Positions 1-12,660 of a DNA stretch of 50,001 nucleotides are shown here, in pieces. This DNA comes from Macrostomum lignano (lineage: Eukaryota). A model generated the notes under the pieces. The model had not been told where the DNA came from, did not search any database, and saw only the letters and a list, made by a program, of their open reading frames with translations. The translations under genes and the position numbers were made by a program. The stretch covers positions 1 to 50,001 of the forward strand of contig NIVC01004336.1 of the NCBI GenBank assembly GCA_002269645.1. Direction: 5' to 3'. Each line of letters starts with the position of its first letter. Position 1 is the stretch's first letter.

Positions 1-1500
1 CCAGCCCTATTGTTCTCAATGTTTGCTTGCGCAACACTTTCGCGACCACCCGCTGCGCCAATTATCCCCCCACCCCACCTCCGGATTGCGCAATTTCCGA
101 TTTCTCATGTTGCTATGCCGGTCTCATGCTTCTCATCATGACTCATTCTGACGTCAATCTGCCGGCAGCCAATCAGAGAGAGGGAGCCATGGTAACGACC
201 TTGAGGAGGCGGCTGTGAGGTCTATAAAAGGAAGCGATTTCGGCATGAGAATACTCAACTGAGTTTATCTCTGTTCCTCTCCTCGTCCTTCTTTGGACTT
301 GCTGTCAGATTGAGTTCTGACCATTCGTCTATAAGACGAATCCCTGCCGGCCCGCGGTCTGTTACCGCCAAGTTATCCTTAGCTCCCCAAGTGAGCTCGC
401 CTATCGGCCAGCGGTCTGATACCGCCCCGCATCATCAGCATTGCCTGATCTACATCAGCGCCTCGTCGCTCCAGCGCATCGCCGCTTCACCGTCTGCCTG
501 ACTGCAGCCTACAGCCGCCCTCGGTCACTCCGCCTCTCTCTCTCTCTGTGCAGCTGCCGGTAAGTTCCTACTACTAATTTGTGCTCTAATTGCCTTTGCT
601 TATCCGGGGTTTGCCTATTTCCCATTGTCTGATTAGAGAGCTGAGCCAATTGTGATACCGTAACTTTTTGCTGTATTTTACTCAATAGTGAAGCCGCCTA
701 ATTGCCTAATTATTCGCCTAAAGGCCTAATTACTAACTACTAACTAACTTCATCATTATTCAATCTTTCACTATCATTTAACTCATGGCTTGCTAAGCCT
801 TTCTCCCGGGTGGCAAAGCATAAGGAAGTTTGGGTAACCTAATGGCCTCTCCCCGTGCAAAGCCGCCTGTGAGTGCGTGCTGCGGGGCCGCGTGTGCGTG
901 CAGTGGAGGGTAATTAGCGAGTCTTGGCACAGAATGGCAGTAGGAAGGTTGCAACCCATGCTGACGCGTCCCTTCGCCCTGAGCAATCTAAACTGTAGAC
1001 AGTACATGTTCGCCTCATACTACTTTAGTAATCAAAGTCGCAAGTCAGCCTCGCTCACACAGCCACAAAGGATCCCCTGCTGAGAATCCTCCAGGATTGA
1101 GCCCAGAGTTCCCGATCATGCCCCAAGCAGAGTCCCTGTACTCGGCTGCATGCGTCTCCCCTGTTAGCCTAAATCCCCTGGTAACCAATCCAGGCGGGCT
1201 CTAGCCTCGAGAGGTCTGGTAGAAGAATCCAGGTGCGCCAGGTCACATAGAGTGGTGGCAGCCACTCGGTCATACATATGACTGAGTGACCAACTATTGC
1301 ACCTTGGCTACAGGTGGGGTCCATGTGGGTCCTTGGCCCTCTGGTCACGAAGCGCTACCAAAGCTACTAATCATGTGGGCGGGACAGTCTGGTGCTGGAG
1401 GTCCGTCAGGTCATTGCCCGGTCATAGGCAGCCTACGGTCATTGCCCCTCTAGTCATGCGTTCGTCTCTCTACGGAGCGGACAGGCGCAAGGGCGGTTAC
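1..1500 (+). mobile_element. Possible 3' portion of a long LTR / solo LTR (5' end outside the window)
   Basis: TATA-like CTATAAAAG at ~223-231, a GTAAGT splice donor at ~560, GC-rich non-coding sequence ending in GGGCGGTTACA at ~1490-1500 (LTR-type ...ACA end), then an abrupt switch to AT-rich DNA. No partner LTR or coding domain seen. Confidence 0.3.
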
Positions 1501-1516
1501 ATCATACTTTCATAAT

Positions 1517-2960
1517 CAGATAAAAACATTAGCGACTATATAATCTATTATATTTTTAATATATTGATACCTCAAAGTTACTGAATTGACAGAAAAAATG
1601 TTACGACCATAAGGCTGCCTTTTCTTTTGTATCTTTGTTGCCTTTGTGAGTTTATATATTCTAATAAAATAATATGATTTCTAAAGTTGTTCTTAGTCAA
1701 ATTTAAAAAATGTATTGCAAAATATCAAAAATGAAAAATGCTATAAGACTTTTATCTTTTAGTTTCTGTGTCAAAAATCTGTTGTTACAACCATAAGTGC
1801 CATTCAAGGTTTAATAGCATTTATACTAATGATGATATCTATATGAAACTATATAAATATATTCTTAACAAAATAATCCTTTATTCAAAATATTGGTTTA
1901 GTATATTCTATTACTAGATTTCATTTTATTACAACTTACAATATATTGTGTTTTTTGTATATATCAAGCATTTTTTAAATTAGGATTGGGATTTAGGACT
2001 GGCACACCTAGTGCACTTGTGCATTTTGCCTGGCATACCTGGTGCACACCTAAAAAAATTCAGGTGGTTTCCGGCTCACACATAGCATGATCCTGACTAT
2101 GGGATATAGGTTTGTCTAATAGCAGATGGCTATATCTAAAGCCTTGGTTGTGACTAATAAATAGAGATTTAAAAAGACTTGTCACTGAATTTGCTTGAAT
2201 TGTTGCCAAATTTCCATGCATCTTGACTGCAGGCTCATTCCATATAAGATGGACATATTTGGAAAATAGAAAAAAGTCAATATTTTTGCTTGCCATTGCC
2301 TAATTAGCCTATTTTTTTACCAAATGTTTATATTGTGCAATATATACAATCTAAGAATAAAGGAATGGTAAAATGTTGGATTAGTATGTTATCAATTGGC
2401 AAAAAGTCATTTTTGTAAAAAATTGGACATTTTTCGAAGCAAAAGACATCATTAAGATTTTGTACCTTTTAAAAACAAATAGAAAGCTTTTGAAGGTTGA
2501 AACAAACTATAGATAAAAGTATAGTACTTGCATCATCAGATAAAAGCATTATTGACCAAATAATCTATTATATTTTTAATGTATTAGTACCTCAAAGTTA
2601 CTGAATTGACAGAAAAAAATATGTTACGACCATAATGTTACAACCATAAGGCTGCCTTTTCTTTTGTATCTTTGTTGCCTTTTGAGTTTATATATTTTAA
2701 TAAAAGAGTATGATTTCTAAAGATGTTCTTAGTCAAATTTTAAAAATGTATTGCAAAATATCAAAAATGAAAAATGTTATAAGACTTTTACCTTTTAGTT
2801 TCTATATGTCAAAAATCCTGTCGTTACGACCATAAGTGTCATTTAAGGTTTAATAGCATCTATACTAATGATGATATCTATATGAAACTCTATAAATATA
2901 TTCTAGACAAAATAATCTTTCATTTAAAATATTGGTTTAGTATATTCTATTATTAGATTT
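1517..2960. repeat. Diverged direct duplication of a ~420-bp AT-rich block (1517-1930 vs 2537-2960) containing TGTTACGACCAT motifs
   Basis: The two blocks align by eye (CAGATAAAA...CTCAAAGTTACTGAATTGACAGAAAAAA..TGTTACGACCATAA...TATATTCTATTA.TAGATTTCATTTTAT), period about 1020 bp. Confidence 0.85.
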
Positions 2961-3424
2961 CATTTTATAAGTAAAAATAACCTGTCATGTTACGACCATG
3001 CTTATATGGAATGAGCCTGCAGCATTGAAATAATAATATTAAATTGAACATATAGGCTACATTTGTAAAGATATTAGCCAAATCTAATGTACACTTTCTG
3101 TCATTCTATAAATGACTATAAAGATTGTCAGTCATTTTTATTAGGCCTCATATAACAAAAGCCTCAAACCTTCATATGGACAATTGTAGGCAATCGCACA
3201 ATGAAAGAATGCCATACAACCAAAGTAAATTTGATAGGTTGTATAGAGATGATGGAGATAAAAGTAAAAATGACACACTGTAGATAAATGATAGACCTTA
3301 TTTTATACTATCAATAGCATAGGCCATAAATAATAGAGGTAAATTCTGAAAAAGGAACCCCAACTCTGGGCCCTATGGAGTCCAGAAAATGAAATGGGGA
3401 CACCTTAACTCCATATTAACTCAC

Positions 3425-3514
3425 CAGCTCTGCTTCCTTTGCTTCTTTTTCATTAGCTTTTCCATTCGCTTTCGCATTCTCTTGCTTCTCCGTTTTTTCG
3501 ACTTTTTCGGACAT
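3425..3514 (-). CDS. Probable first coding exon (MSEKVEKTEKQENAKANGKANEKEAKEAEL) of a gene continuing leftwards; weakly reminiscent of the PSMD2/Rpn1 N-terminus
   Basis: ATG at 3514, 30 open K/E-rich codons, then a canonical CTG|GTGAGT donor (phase 0). The product guess rests only on the terminal KEAEL resembling human PSMD2 KEQEL. Exon 2 not found in the window. Confidence 0.45.
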
Positions 3515-4922
3515 TCTCTAAAATTTACTAAGAATTAGAGCGTGATATTTCAATTGCACTTATTATTTAATACTTAATGCTAATCAATTTCGAATTTTAA
3601 TCTAAAAAACTGATGCAGATGATGACGTATACGAATTCAGTAAGAGGGATCTGCCCGCCACATGTTGAACGATAGTTTCATAGAATCGAATAAAATCTCT
3701 CCTGTCATGTAACTTATAACAAATAGTAGTTCTAGTTATTCTATAAAAAAAATTAAAACACACTATTTTCACTTATCAGTTAAAATAGGCCGTCTGTTCA
3801 ATATATGAATTAATTTTAAGAATTAATAATCTGAGGTTACGCCATTCCAGCGTTGCATATTGAAATTTTAATGCGGGTCTTCGATGGACTGTTCAGTTCA
3901 AGAAGCCTATCAAGTAACTTAAAATTAGAAAACTATCTTTCATACAGGAACGGAAAGCATAAAATTTTATATTTGTTGATTTGATATTTTTTTTTCTTCC
4001 ACAAAGTGCTACTTCTACCGGTAGTTGCTTGGATAAATGTGAATGCTCATGTGATATTTGTTGATAATCTTTGCAATTGCATGTGTTTGCTGGGCCGAGA
4101 TACATTCATGTCGAAGCAGAATTGTTCGCCATACAATCCGAAATAAATAATTAAAGGCTTTTAGGAGTTAGGACTCCTAAACCTAAAAAAGTTTTAAGTT
4201 AAAAAAGTTGTTTAGTTAAAATGCAAACATGTACTGTAACTTTACATATATATATGCAATAATAAATGCAGTGTTCAAAAATATTATGTACGCACACGCA
4301 TCGATACATACATAAATAAATTTACCTATGCCACACCTCCACTTATTTGCTGCATGTACATATTAAGCTTTACATTAACTATATGGAGTTCGATTTTTAA
4401 TGCGCGGTTTGTATACATGTAGGAATCACAAGTTGACTTTAATCTACATGTAGTGGCTGTATAAGTTATTGGTTCTTGCAAACTTACCAGTACCACCAAG
4501 GACTTCCTTGCTTGCCATTTATTATTTAATTCAAAAGACCATGGAAAGCTTAAAACAACACACATTACTCTATCATGTAGCTATATTTTTAATAAGATCG
4601 AATATATCTGCTCTGTAAATGAGCGCTCGTATTTATAATTGAATAAAATGATCGAATGTATTTTTAACTACTAAACGGACAGCTAGAAAAGCATCGAGGT
4701 TTGCTAAACTGGCTGTATGCATACATGTAGTTTTATATGTTTAGAATCCGGTAAATTTGTTTTCGAAAGATATGCGAGTTTAGTCAAAGCATCTGACTAT
4801 ATATAACAATCTAACAATTCAAATGTAAACAAATGTGTTTAGGAGTTCATAGCCAAGGTCAGGTTAATATAGTCTTCTGTGGATTTATAATTTTCAGGGT
4901 TAAGCTAAGCTATAGAAAAGCG

Positions 4923-5478
4923 TCAGTCAGAGGACGACGAAGCATCTAGAAAGTGATCCGACGCGTCAGACGAAGTCCGCCTACTCTCCGCCTCGTCCTC
5001 ATTCCGACCGTGCTGATCGTGGTGAAAGTATCTGAAGTAGGTCTCCGATTCGGTGTCCGTCGATTCCGAGTTCGACTCGAGCAGATCGTCTCGCTGCTGC
5101 TGGTCGCGCTCCGACAGGGTGGCCAGCAGCTCGCGAGCCTCTCCGCTATGCGGCTGGAAGGTGAGCAGCAGTCGGCAGTGACGAATCGCTCCGGACAGAT
5201 CGTTGTCAGCTAAACGTTCGAGCAGTTGCGCCGCCAACAGGTCCGCCGGCGCTCCGTCGACCTCGTCTGGCGACATCGACATGTCGGCGGCGAGTTTTGC
5301 GGCCGCCGGCCAAAGCCGGTCGATGGGCTCCGAGCTGGCCAGGCTGACACCGTCATCGTCGTCGTCATCGCCGTCGCTATCGCTTAACTTGTCGTCTGGA
5401 TAGGACGAATCGGCGGCGAAATAATAGCAGCCGTTTGATTTGACCTGGCGCAGTTCCAGAGACAGGCTGCTGACGTAT
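4923..5478 (-). CDS. ERICH2: Glutamate-rich protein 2 (ERICH2)-like, last exon
   Basis: DDKLSDSDGDDDDDD...APADLLAAQLLERLADNDLSGAIRHCRLLLTFQPHSGEARELLATL matches the ERICH2 pattern (DDKLSES..EDD...APLELMAEFLRAEM..YQLAKKLCQMILIYEPENPEAKEF), followed by an acidic tail. Putative acceptor CTCTCCAG at 5479-5486. 5' exon unresolved. Confidence 0.72.
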
Positions 5479-5594
5479 CTGGAGAGCGGTTGGATCGCAG
5501 CACGCAAAACTTATTCATAAATTCTAAGGCATATTTACCCTTTTGATTCACGTCAGCGCAACTTTTAAGATCATCGGCTATGTTCATCGCATCA

Positions 5595-5863
5595 GTAGGG
5601 TTAGCCTAGTGGTCAGAGCGTCGGACTCACGACTGTAAGGTCGGGGGTTCGATTCTCGACCCACTCGGAACTATCTGTGTCCTTCAGCAAGGCACATAAC
5701 TCTGCATCACTTCACTTCACCCAGCTGTAAAATGGGTGCCAGCATAGCTGGGGTAATTGAGGCTGTGTGACGACCCCCCCCCCCAGTCCTTGGACTGAAC
5801 AGCCGTACGCAGCCTTTAGATGCGCCGCGCAATAGCTGCGGCTGAGCTGTCGGTTGCACATCT
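5595..5863 (+). mobile_element. tRNA-derived SINE, family A, copy 1
   Basis: A box TAGCCTAGTGG (5602-5612), B box GGTTCGATTCT, body TGTGTCCTT.AGCAAGGCAC...CACCCAGCTGTAAAATGGGTGCCAGC; homologous to 28607-28892 and 30115-30395. Confidence 0.9.
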
Positions 5864-6039
5864 GGCCCAATTCGGGTAGTTGTAATTAATTGTGCACTGA
5901 ACTGATCGACAGTCTACCAAGCAGCTAGTCCTGACCAATGGCAGGCCTCACATGTGCAGGCGCGCAAGACCTTGACCTATTTTCTAGCGTGAGCCGCACA
6001 ATTTGTATACCAACCCAATCGGTCCTGAAGCTCGAGCAA

Positions 6040-6140
6040 TTTACGCCCATGAGGGCCAACAAAAAGGCCTAGAGAGTGTACAGTCATTGACCATGAGAAA
6101 GTCCGGGCGCTGTACACACAGTGAGAACGTGTGCCTGCTT
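6040..6140 (+). repeat. Dispersed repeat family B (3' module), copy 1
   Basis: Shares ACGCCCATGAGGGCC...GAAAGTC.GGGCGCTGTACAC with 10855-10934 and partly with 14341-14385. Confidence 0.65.
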
Positions 6141-8394
6141 AATTCAATTATTTTGTCCTTTGTGTAGCCGATCTGCTAACAGTTGAAAAAACAAGTCTCG
6201 AGTTGCTACTGCTTGCTAAAGTAGACAGTTGGACATGTTTTATTGACCTTTGATTTGTTCTTGAGTAGTAGTGTTTTTATTTTTCAAGTGAACGCTTTTT
6301 TCGTCGAATCAAGAAACTTCACGGGACAAGAACTTTAATTGTGCGCTTTAACAAAAAAACTTGAATAAGGGCATAACCTTCTGGATTATTTTTTTAGGAT
6401 CGAAGCGCGTCAACTTAACGGTGGAAAATAGGCAGAGTTGCATGTACATGCAAATTTCCAACTAACTTCTTAGCGTCTGTTCACCTGCGACAGATTTGAA
6501 CGCAGCTGGTTGAGTTGAGAGGAATCTAGCACAGAACTGGATAAAGTACGCATAAAAATGAACCCAAATGAGTAGACAGGTGCAAATCCTAACTAGCATG
6601 CCATAAATACTTTTCCCGTTCATTTTGCTGCTAATGGAACATCTATGGATTTTCTTGAGGGAGAATTTTCGACACGCTGACCCGTTCGATCCGGAATTCG
6701 ATCTTTTCTAAGAACAGAGCATGTCAGGTGGCTGGCATGAGGGATGAGCATCTGATAATTCTGAGATGGCATAGGGCGACTGAAGATGAGCACGCCATCC
6801 CAGTGCATAGGAAGTTGGCTAATAAAATTCATTAGTTCTCCAAGCAGCATCTCATTGTGAAGTTTTTTCAGCTCAATTAGGACTCAATTAAGCATGAACT
6901 TATTGCTGAAATAGCACCGCAAGGAGGTGCAATCACTTCACGCAATCTTTTAAGAGCATCGGAGCATAAAACTAGTATGCGCGCTCTTGAAAATCAGTGT
7001 TTGAACAGTGTCTTGAGCACACAAGCAACCCCCAGCTTAGACGCTTAGACTGGGCTGCTCAAAAATCAGGCACGGATTTGTACCAGGGATCGGGTCTTCC
7101 TGCCCGAGCAACCCCAGACCTGCGCCGCCGCCAGCCGTGATGGGATAATAGCTCAGGAAGGTGGGACACAGCGGTGGCGGCGGGGATTAAAGCGGGGCTC
7201 TGTGGCACGATTCCCTATACTGCTAGCCCCAGGAAATGCCCCCCTCCCCTAGCTCTCTCCCCTTTTTGGCCTCCCTCGCTCTTACTGTGTATAATAAGAT
7301 TTTGGGCCCGGCCTCTCAGCCAGCAGGCCCTATATGATGGAACAGTCTCAAGTCAGTAAAGCTGAAGAAGAATGAGAAGGGTTAGAGGTAAGAAGAGAGA
7401 AAGAATAGAAATTGAGAATTGAGCTCTTTTAGAGCCTTTAGAGCGGAGTTGAGCAACCGGACTAAAATTCAGGTCAGACCGAAGGGTCATTCAAGATGAG
7501 GCCTTTTAAGAGCGCAGTCCAGCCTCTAGATATAGTCCAAGTTCAAAAGTCGAGCAGCTTCAAGCGTATGACTTACAGAGGGGTGCCTGTTTCATATCAA
7601 GGAGCCTAGGATCTATCAGCTAACTTCTATTGGTTTAAGCTAGTAAGGATAACCTACTTCAACGACCACTAGAAGCAAACTCTTGGAAAATGTATTGCAA
7701 AGGTTCTCGAGGAAGCATTGCCAGAGTTTTATTTGTTTGATGCGTTGAATTATAAAGCTGAGCCATTAAAATGATAAAAATCTGACTGACAGTCATTTTT
7801 TAGATCTTGAATTAAATGCAAAAAGCCCTTTAAAACAAAGCCCGGGTGGATTTACAATGCACTCTGAGGCAAAAGTAATTGCAGTTCAGTTACAGCAAAA
7901 ATTTGAAAGCGTGCGCCGCGTCCTACTCAAGTCAGCGAATTCGAGCAAATCGTGACTAATCCTATAATAATTTGCCCTTTCTCAGCCGAGCTCTAACCCA
8001 GTAGTCAAAGAGTTTATTCGAACTTGAGAAGCCGAAAAAAATCCGCAGCGAAACTGAGCGACCCTCTGACTTTCTTGGTTTGTTCAGAACTCCACACAGT
8101 TTAGTCGCAGAGAAGGAGGAACTGGGGGCGCAGGGGGTTAGTCGAGGATTTTGACTTTGCAGATCACTCCAAAATCGAGGCGGAAGTCCAGTCGGGGGTG
8201 CGGTGGAGGCGCAGCGCTGCATAGCCATGAGCTTGGCCAGGCCCGACACCAAAGCGCTTGCCCTCCAACCAACTCTTCAGTCTAAGGCTTTTTTCTCGTC
8301 CAGACCGCTTTTCTCTCTGCCCGCAAGCGCCCCTCTCGTCGCCCCATCGTGCAGTGGAGAGAATTCGCATGCCGACTTCTGGGGTTCAACACCA

Positions 8395-11385
8395 TCAGAT
8401 AGGAGAGTCTGCTGCAGCAGTGGTTTGTTTGCAATCAAGACAAGCTTCCGTCCCCCAGCTTTGCTCTTTTTCTCTACTGGGGGGGGGGGTGGCGAAAATT
8501 CTAGTAGCCTTCTCCTTGAGTCTAGTGAGCTCCCTTTCTCTTGCCCTGTGGCGATTAATTGCCAACAGCATCCTCACCAGCTCAGATTGCGGCTTCTGCT
8601 CGTCTACTTTGCCTCCACTCCGGATGCACGAGATGTAAGAGAATTCGTGCGCGATGAACTTAGCAGTAGCAACTTTCAGACGGGTCAAGAGGTCAGAAAA
8701 CTGTGTGAGCGGGGTGTTCGTTGATAGTTGAGTGATTTGTACGCGACAAAACGTGTAATACGTGTAATAATATAGTCAGCACTCGTGCTTCACTGTGTCT
8801 TTACGCGCGTCACTTTATTCTCAAAATCTTGACGTAGCACCACCTCCGAATCTTGACGTAGCACCACCTCCGAATCTTGACGTAGCACCACCTCAGAATC
8901 TTGACGTAGCACCTCCGAATCTTGACATAGCACCACCGAATCTTGACGTAGCACCACCTCCGAAACTTGACGTAGCACCACCGAATCTTGACGTAGCACC
9001 ACCTCCGAATCTTGACGTAGCATCACCTCCGAATCTTGACGTAGCATCACCTCCGAATCTTGACGTAGCACCACCTCCGAATCTTGACGTAGCATCACCT
9101 CCGAATCTTGACATAGCATCACCTCCGAATCTTGACGTAGCACTACCTCCGAATCTTGACGTAGCATCACCGAATCTTGACGTAGCACCACCGAATCTTG
9201 ACGTAGCACCACCTCCGAATCTTGACGTAGCACCACCTCCGAATCTTGACGTAGCACTACCTCCGAATCTTGACGTAGCATCACCGAATCTTGACGTAGC
9301 ACCACCGAATCTTGACGTAGCACCACCGAATCTTGACGTAGCACCACCTCCGAATCTTGACGTAGCATCACCTCCGAATCTTGACGTAGCATCACCTCCG
9401 AATCTTGACGTAGCATCACCGAATCTTGACGTAGCACCACCGAATCTTGACGTAGCACCACCTCCGAATCTTGACGTAGCATCACCTCCGAATCTTGACG
9501 TAGCACCACCTCCGAATCTTGACGTAGCATCACCTCCGAATCTTGACGTAGCACCACCTCCGAATCTTGACGTAGCACTACCTCCGAATCTTGACGTAGC
9601 ATCACCGAATCTTGACGTAGCACCACCGAATCTTGACGTAGCACCACCGAATCTTGACGTAGCACCACCTCCGAATCTTGACGTAGCACCACCTCCGAAT
9701 CTCGACGTAGCACCACCTCCGAATCTTGACGTAGCACCACCTCCGAATCTTGACGTAGCACCATCTCCGAATTTTCTCGGTACACCTCCGAATCCCCACG
9801 AGGCTCCTCTTCCGGATCTTCATCACTGAATATATTGTCAGTTAACTGTAACTGAAGCTGTAAGCTGTGCTAATCGCTAAGAGTCTTAATCCTAAATCCC
9901 TGATGAGCAAGACCGAAAAAATAATTTCGGAAATGGAAGACAGGGATAGAAATACAGAGGTCGCAAAAAGTCACGAGGAAAATGACTCATAAATATGACG
10001 GAATTTGCTAAACCTGCGAGATAACTTTCCCACCGCCCCACAGCAGTATAGATATCAGAGATCCTCTCCGCTCGAGCGAGCTGATAACGTCCCAAATTGC
10101 CCAAATCACAGCTTCATCAAGTCTCGAGGAAATGAGTCAAGGAATATGCGGTAGAAAAATACTCAACAGCTACTAGAGCCGGAAGACTCAAGATATCACG
10201 TTCGAAAAAAGTTATAACTCGCTGAGCAGCCGGACTAAAGAAAGAAAGTAATATATTCGAGATATATCTGTGATATTCATTTTAAACTATTCCCCGTAGA
10301 TATGCAGTGCTGGAGAGAAGCACATTGGTTATCTATAACATAATGCCGGCCAAAGATGGGTTCAATTTAACTGCACTGAATTATTTGTCATCTTTTGATG
10401 GCGTTTGGCAATCAAATGCCACTGAGTTAGTAACAGAGCAGCTTCGGGAGACACGGCCTAAATCAGGGGTTGGAAAACTTTTTACCTAAAGGGCCAACTG
10501 CCGGCCAGAGGAAGAGAGAGAAGAGAGGGAACAGAGAAGAGAGATAGGAGAAAGAAGAGGCTAGAAATAAAGGAGATGAGAGGAGATAGGAAAATGCAGA
10601 TGAAATAGGAGGAGAAAGGAGAAGACAGAAGAGGAGAGGAGAGGAAAGGAGAGGAGAGGAGAGGGGAGAGAGGAGAAGAGAGGAGATAAGATGAGGTGAG
10701 GTTAGAGAAGACAGGCTTTGCGGGCCAGAGCTTGCCAACCCCTGGCGTAAATGATAGAGTTATAAGCGGTTAAAGTGCATGGGCAGAGCAGCCCTAGCGG
10801 TAAATCAAGGTACAATGGTTCGATTCGGTTAATTTGAGGCTTGTCTTGCACCTCACGCCCATGAGGGCCGACCCCTCACTCACACTCACTTACTACACTC
10901 TGCCTGGCGATTCGAAAGTCAGGGCGCTGTACACCCTGTGTGTGTTGAGTGCGGGTCTGCATATGTAAAGATGCGAAATGAGCGGGTAAAGGAATATCAT
11001 TCACCTGTAGATCGGGCCGCCATCACTGCTTCTCGAGTCCGAATGATGCAAGCCGCCGAGGCACATTCGTTGCCGCTTCTTGCGCTGACGCTCGCGCTGC
11101 GATTGTTGAGAATCTCGTCTAGAAAATTTGGTACGCACAAACCGTGTGGGCTCCTGGCAGTGCGGCTGCCGCTGCTGCTGCCGCTGCCGCTGGTGCTCGC
11201 GCAGGAACACCTCGTCGGAGTCGTCGTCAACTCCTTCGGCAGCTGCTGCCGATGCCGTAGCCGCCTTTTCCACCCCGGCTGCTGCTGCTGCCCGGGGATC
11301 GCGGGCACTCTTTTCTGGCGTGAATAGAGACAGGGCCAGTCGCCAATAGTTGCTGCAGGCATCGTGCAGCCATGGACAGAGGGTC
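8395..11385 (-). CDS. Partial spliced gene of unknown function; exons 11385-11005, 9825-8805 (or 8814) and 8700-8395; middle exon encodes ~40 RQDSEV(V/M)L-type repeats
   Basis: Exon 11385-11005: acceptor CCCTTCGCAG, open frame RTLCPWLHDACSNYWRLALSLF...DDDSDEVFLREHQ...GGPIY, donor AG|GTGAAT (phase 2). Next acceptor TATTCAG|T at 9825 (phase 2) gives S-DEDPEEEPRGDSEVYRENSEMVLRQDSEVVL. Donor CGC|GTAAAG or AAA|GTGACG (phase 0) joins acceptor CACACAG|TTT at 8700 (phase 0), giving FSDLLTRLKVATAKFIAHEF...; stop at 8395. Confidence 0.6.
8826..9790. repeat. Minisatellite, 24-bp unit GAATCTTGACGTAGCACCACCTCC with 21-bp variants, ~40 copies (probably coding on -)
   Basis: Directly visible tandem array; all length variants differ by 3 nt. 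Confidence 0.97.
10464..10744. mobile_element. hAT-type MITE with purine-rich interior (in intron)
   Basis: TIRs CAGGGGTTGGAAAAC / GCTTGCCAACCCCTG; 8-bp target-site duplication GCCTAAAT (10456-10463) / GCGTAAAT (10745-10752), 7/8 identical. Confidence 0.85.
10781..10955 (+). mobile_element. Family B repeat, copy 2, with tRNA-like head (probable second SINE family)
   Basis: GGGCAGAGCAG head, B-box GGTTCGATTC (10817-10826), then the ACGCCCATGAGGGCC...GAAAGTCAGGGCGCTGTACAC module. Confidence 0.6.
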
Positions 11386-11434
11386 CTGCGAAGGGAGGGA
11401 GAACGGTTTATAGGGTTTTACGGGTTGATAATCA

Positions 11435-11837
11435 GTGTTTGAGGGTGTTTGAGGGTATTTGAGGGTGTTTGAGGGTGTTTGAGGATGTTTGAGGGTGTTT
11501 TAGGGTGCTTGAGGGTGTTTGAGGGTGTTTGAGGGTGTTTGAGGGTGTTTGAGGATGTTTGAGGGTGTTTTAGGGTGCTTGAGGGTGTTTGAGGGTGTTT
11601 TAGGGTGCTTGAGGGTGTTTGAGGGTGTTTGAGGGTGTTTGAGGGTGTTTGAGGGTATTTGAGGGTGTTTGAGGGTGTTTGAGGGTGTTTGAGGGTGTTT
11701 GAGGGTATTTGAGGGTGTTTGAGGGTGTATGGGGGCGTTTGAGGGTGCTTGAGGGTGTTTGAGGGTGTTTGAGGGTATTTGAGGGTCTTTGAGGGTGTTT
11801 AAGGTTTTTTAGGATGTTTGAGGGTGTTTGAGGGTGC
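11435..11837. repeat. 10-bp tandem repeat (GAGGGTGTTT)n, ~40 copies
   Basis: Directly visible, with point variants. Confidence 0.97.
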
Positions 11838-12469
11838 TTTTCGCTGATGGTATTTGCATTATCGAGGTGTTTTGCGAATGGACTAGTTACCGCGACGGTA
11901 TATGAAATAACTGAAACAAGTATCAGTATATTTTATCATCATTCAATTGAAGACATGCAATAAGAGCGGGCATACCGGTCTTTCATTTTATTTTTGGAAA
12001 AGATCAAATGCTCCCATGCGGAGGAAGGAAATGCATTTCAACTCAACCCTTCTTTTAATCCATTGAATTTATATTTTCCAGGATATATTCATTGCTCTGA
12101 ATGAGCACAGGGCTACAGAGGGATAGTTGATCAAATACATTTTTTGAATGGCAATACGAGACATACCATTGGATTTTTATCATTGTTTCGTTGGTTATCG
12201 ATAAAGCAGTGTATAATATCTGCGAGGCTTGTAGCTTCCCAATAGCAGTGCATGGGATAGGCCCTATTTAGCAACTGTCTCCCTGCAATATCCTCGAGGT
12301 TGATCTAAGTCGCACATTTCCAAATAAATAGCATTCACATATGTCCTTTAAGATATTGCTTATCACATTTGAAGCTCTAAATTAAGTGCCTTTCTCAGAC
12401 TTTCCTGTGTAGCGAAATTGCAAGTTCTTTTAGTCCATGAAATCTGGAAATCGGTTGATTGGGCAACCA

Positions 12470-12660
12470 AATGTCACATCGTCACATCGGGAACGCACGA
12501 TGTCACATTGGAAACACACGATGTCACATTAAGCAACTCCCACAATGTCATATCAGGCTCATAATGTCACATTGGAAACACACGATGTCACATTAAGCAC
12601 TCCCACAATGTCATGTCAGAAACACAATGTCACACTAGACACACATAGTGTCTCATCACA
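12470..12660. repeat. Degenerate repeat built on (A)ATGTCACAT
   Basis: Multiple ATGTCACA motifs and a duplicated GTCACATTGGAAACACACGATGTCACATTAAGCA block. Confidence 0.75.

Noticed and set aside
5595-5670. tRNA gene (also 28607-28680, 30320-30395, 10781-10830)
   Set aside because: A/B boxes are present but run into a shared SINE body with tails and a TSD; no complete cloverleaf.
6620-7560. Possible decayed coding sequence / LTR fragment
   Set aside because: Multiple stops, no recognisable motif, no defined termini.
8893-9790. RFamide precursor reading (…ATSRFGG… frame) of the 24-bp array
   Set aside because: No basic cleavage residues after RFG, an in-frame stop at 8893, and splice phases favour the RQDSEVVL frame.
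9899-9940. CTGATGAG...GAAA as a hammerhead ribozyme
   Set aside because: No stem II pairing and no GAAAC..GUH arrangement.
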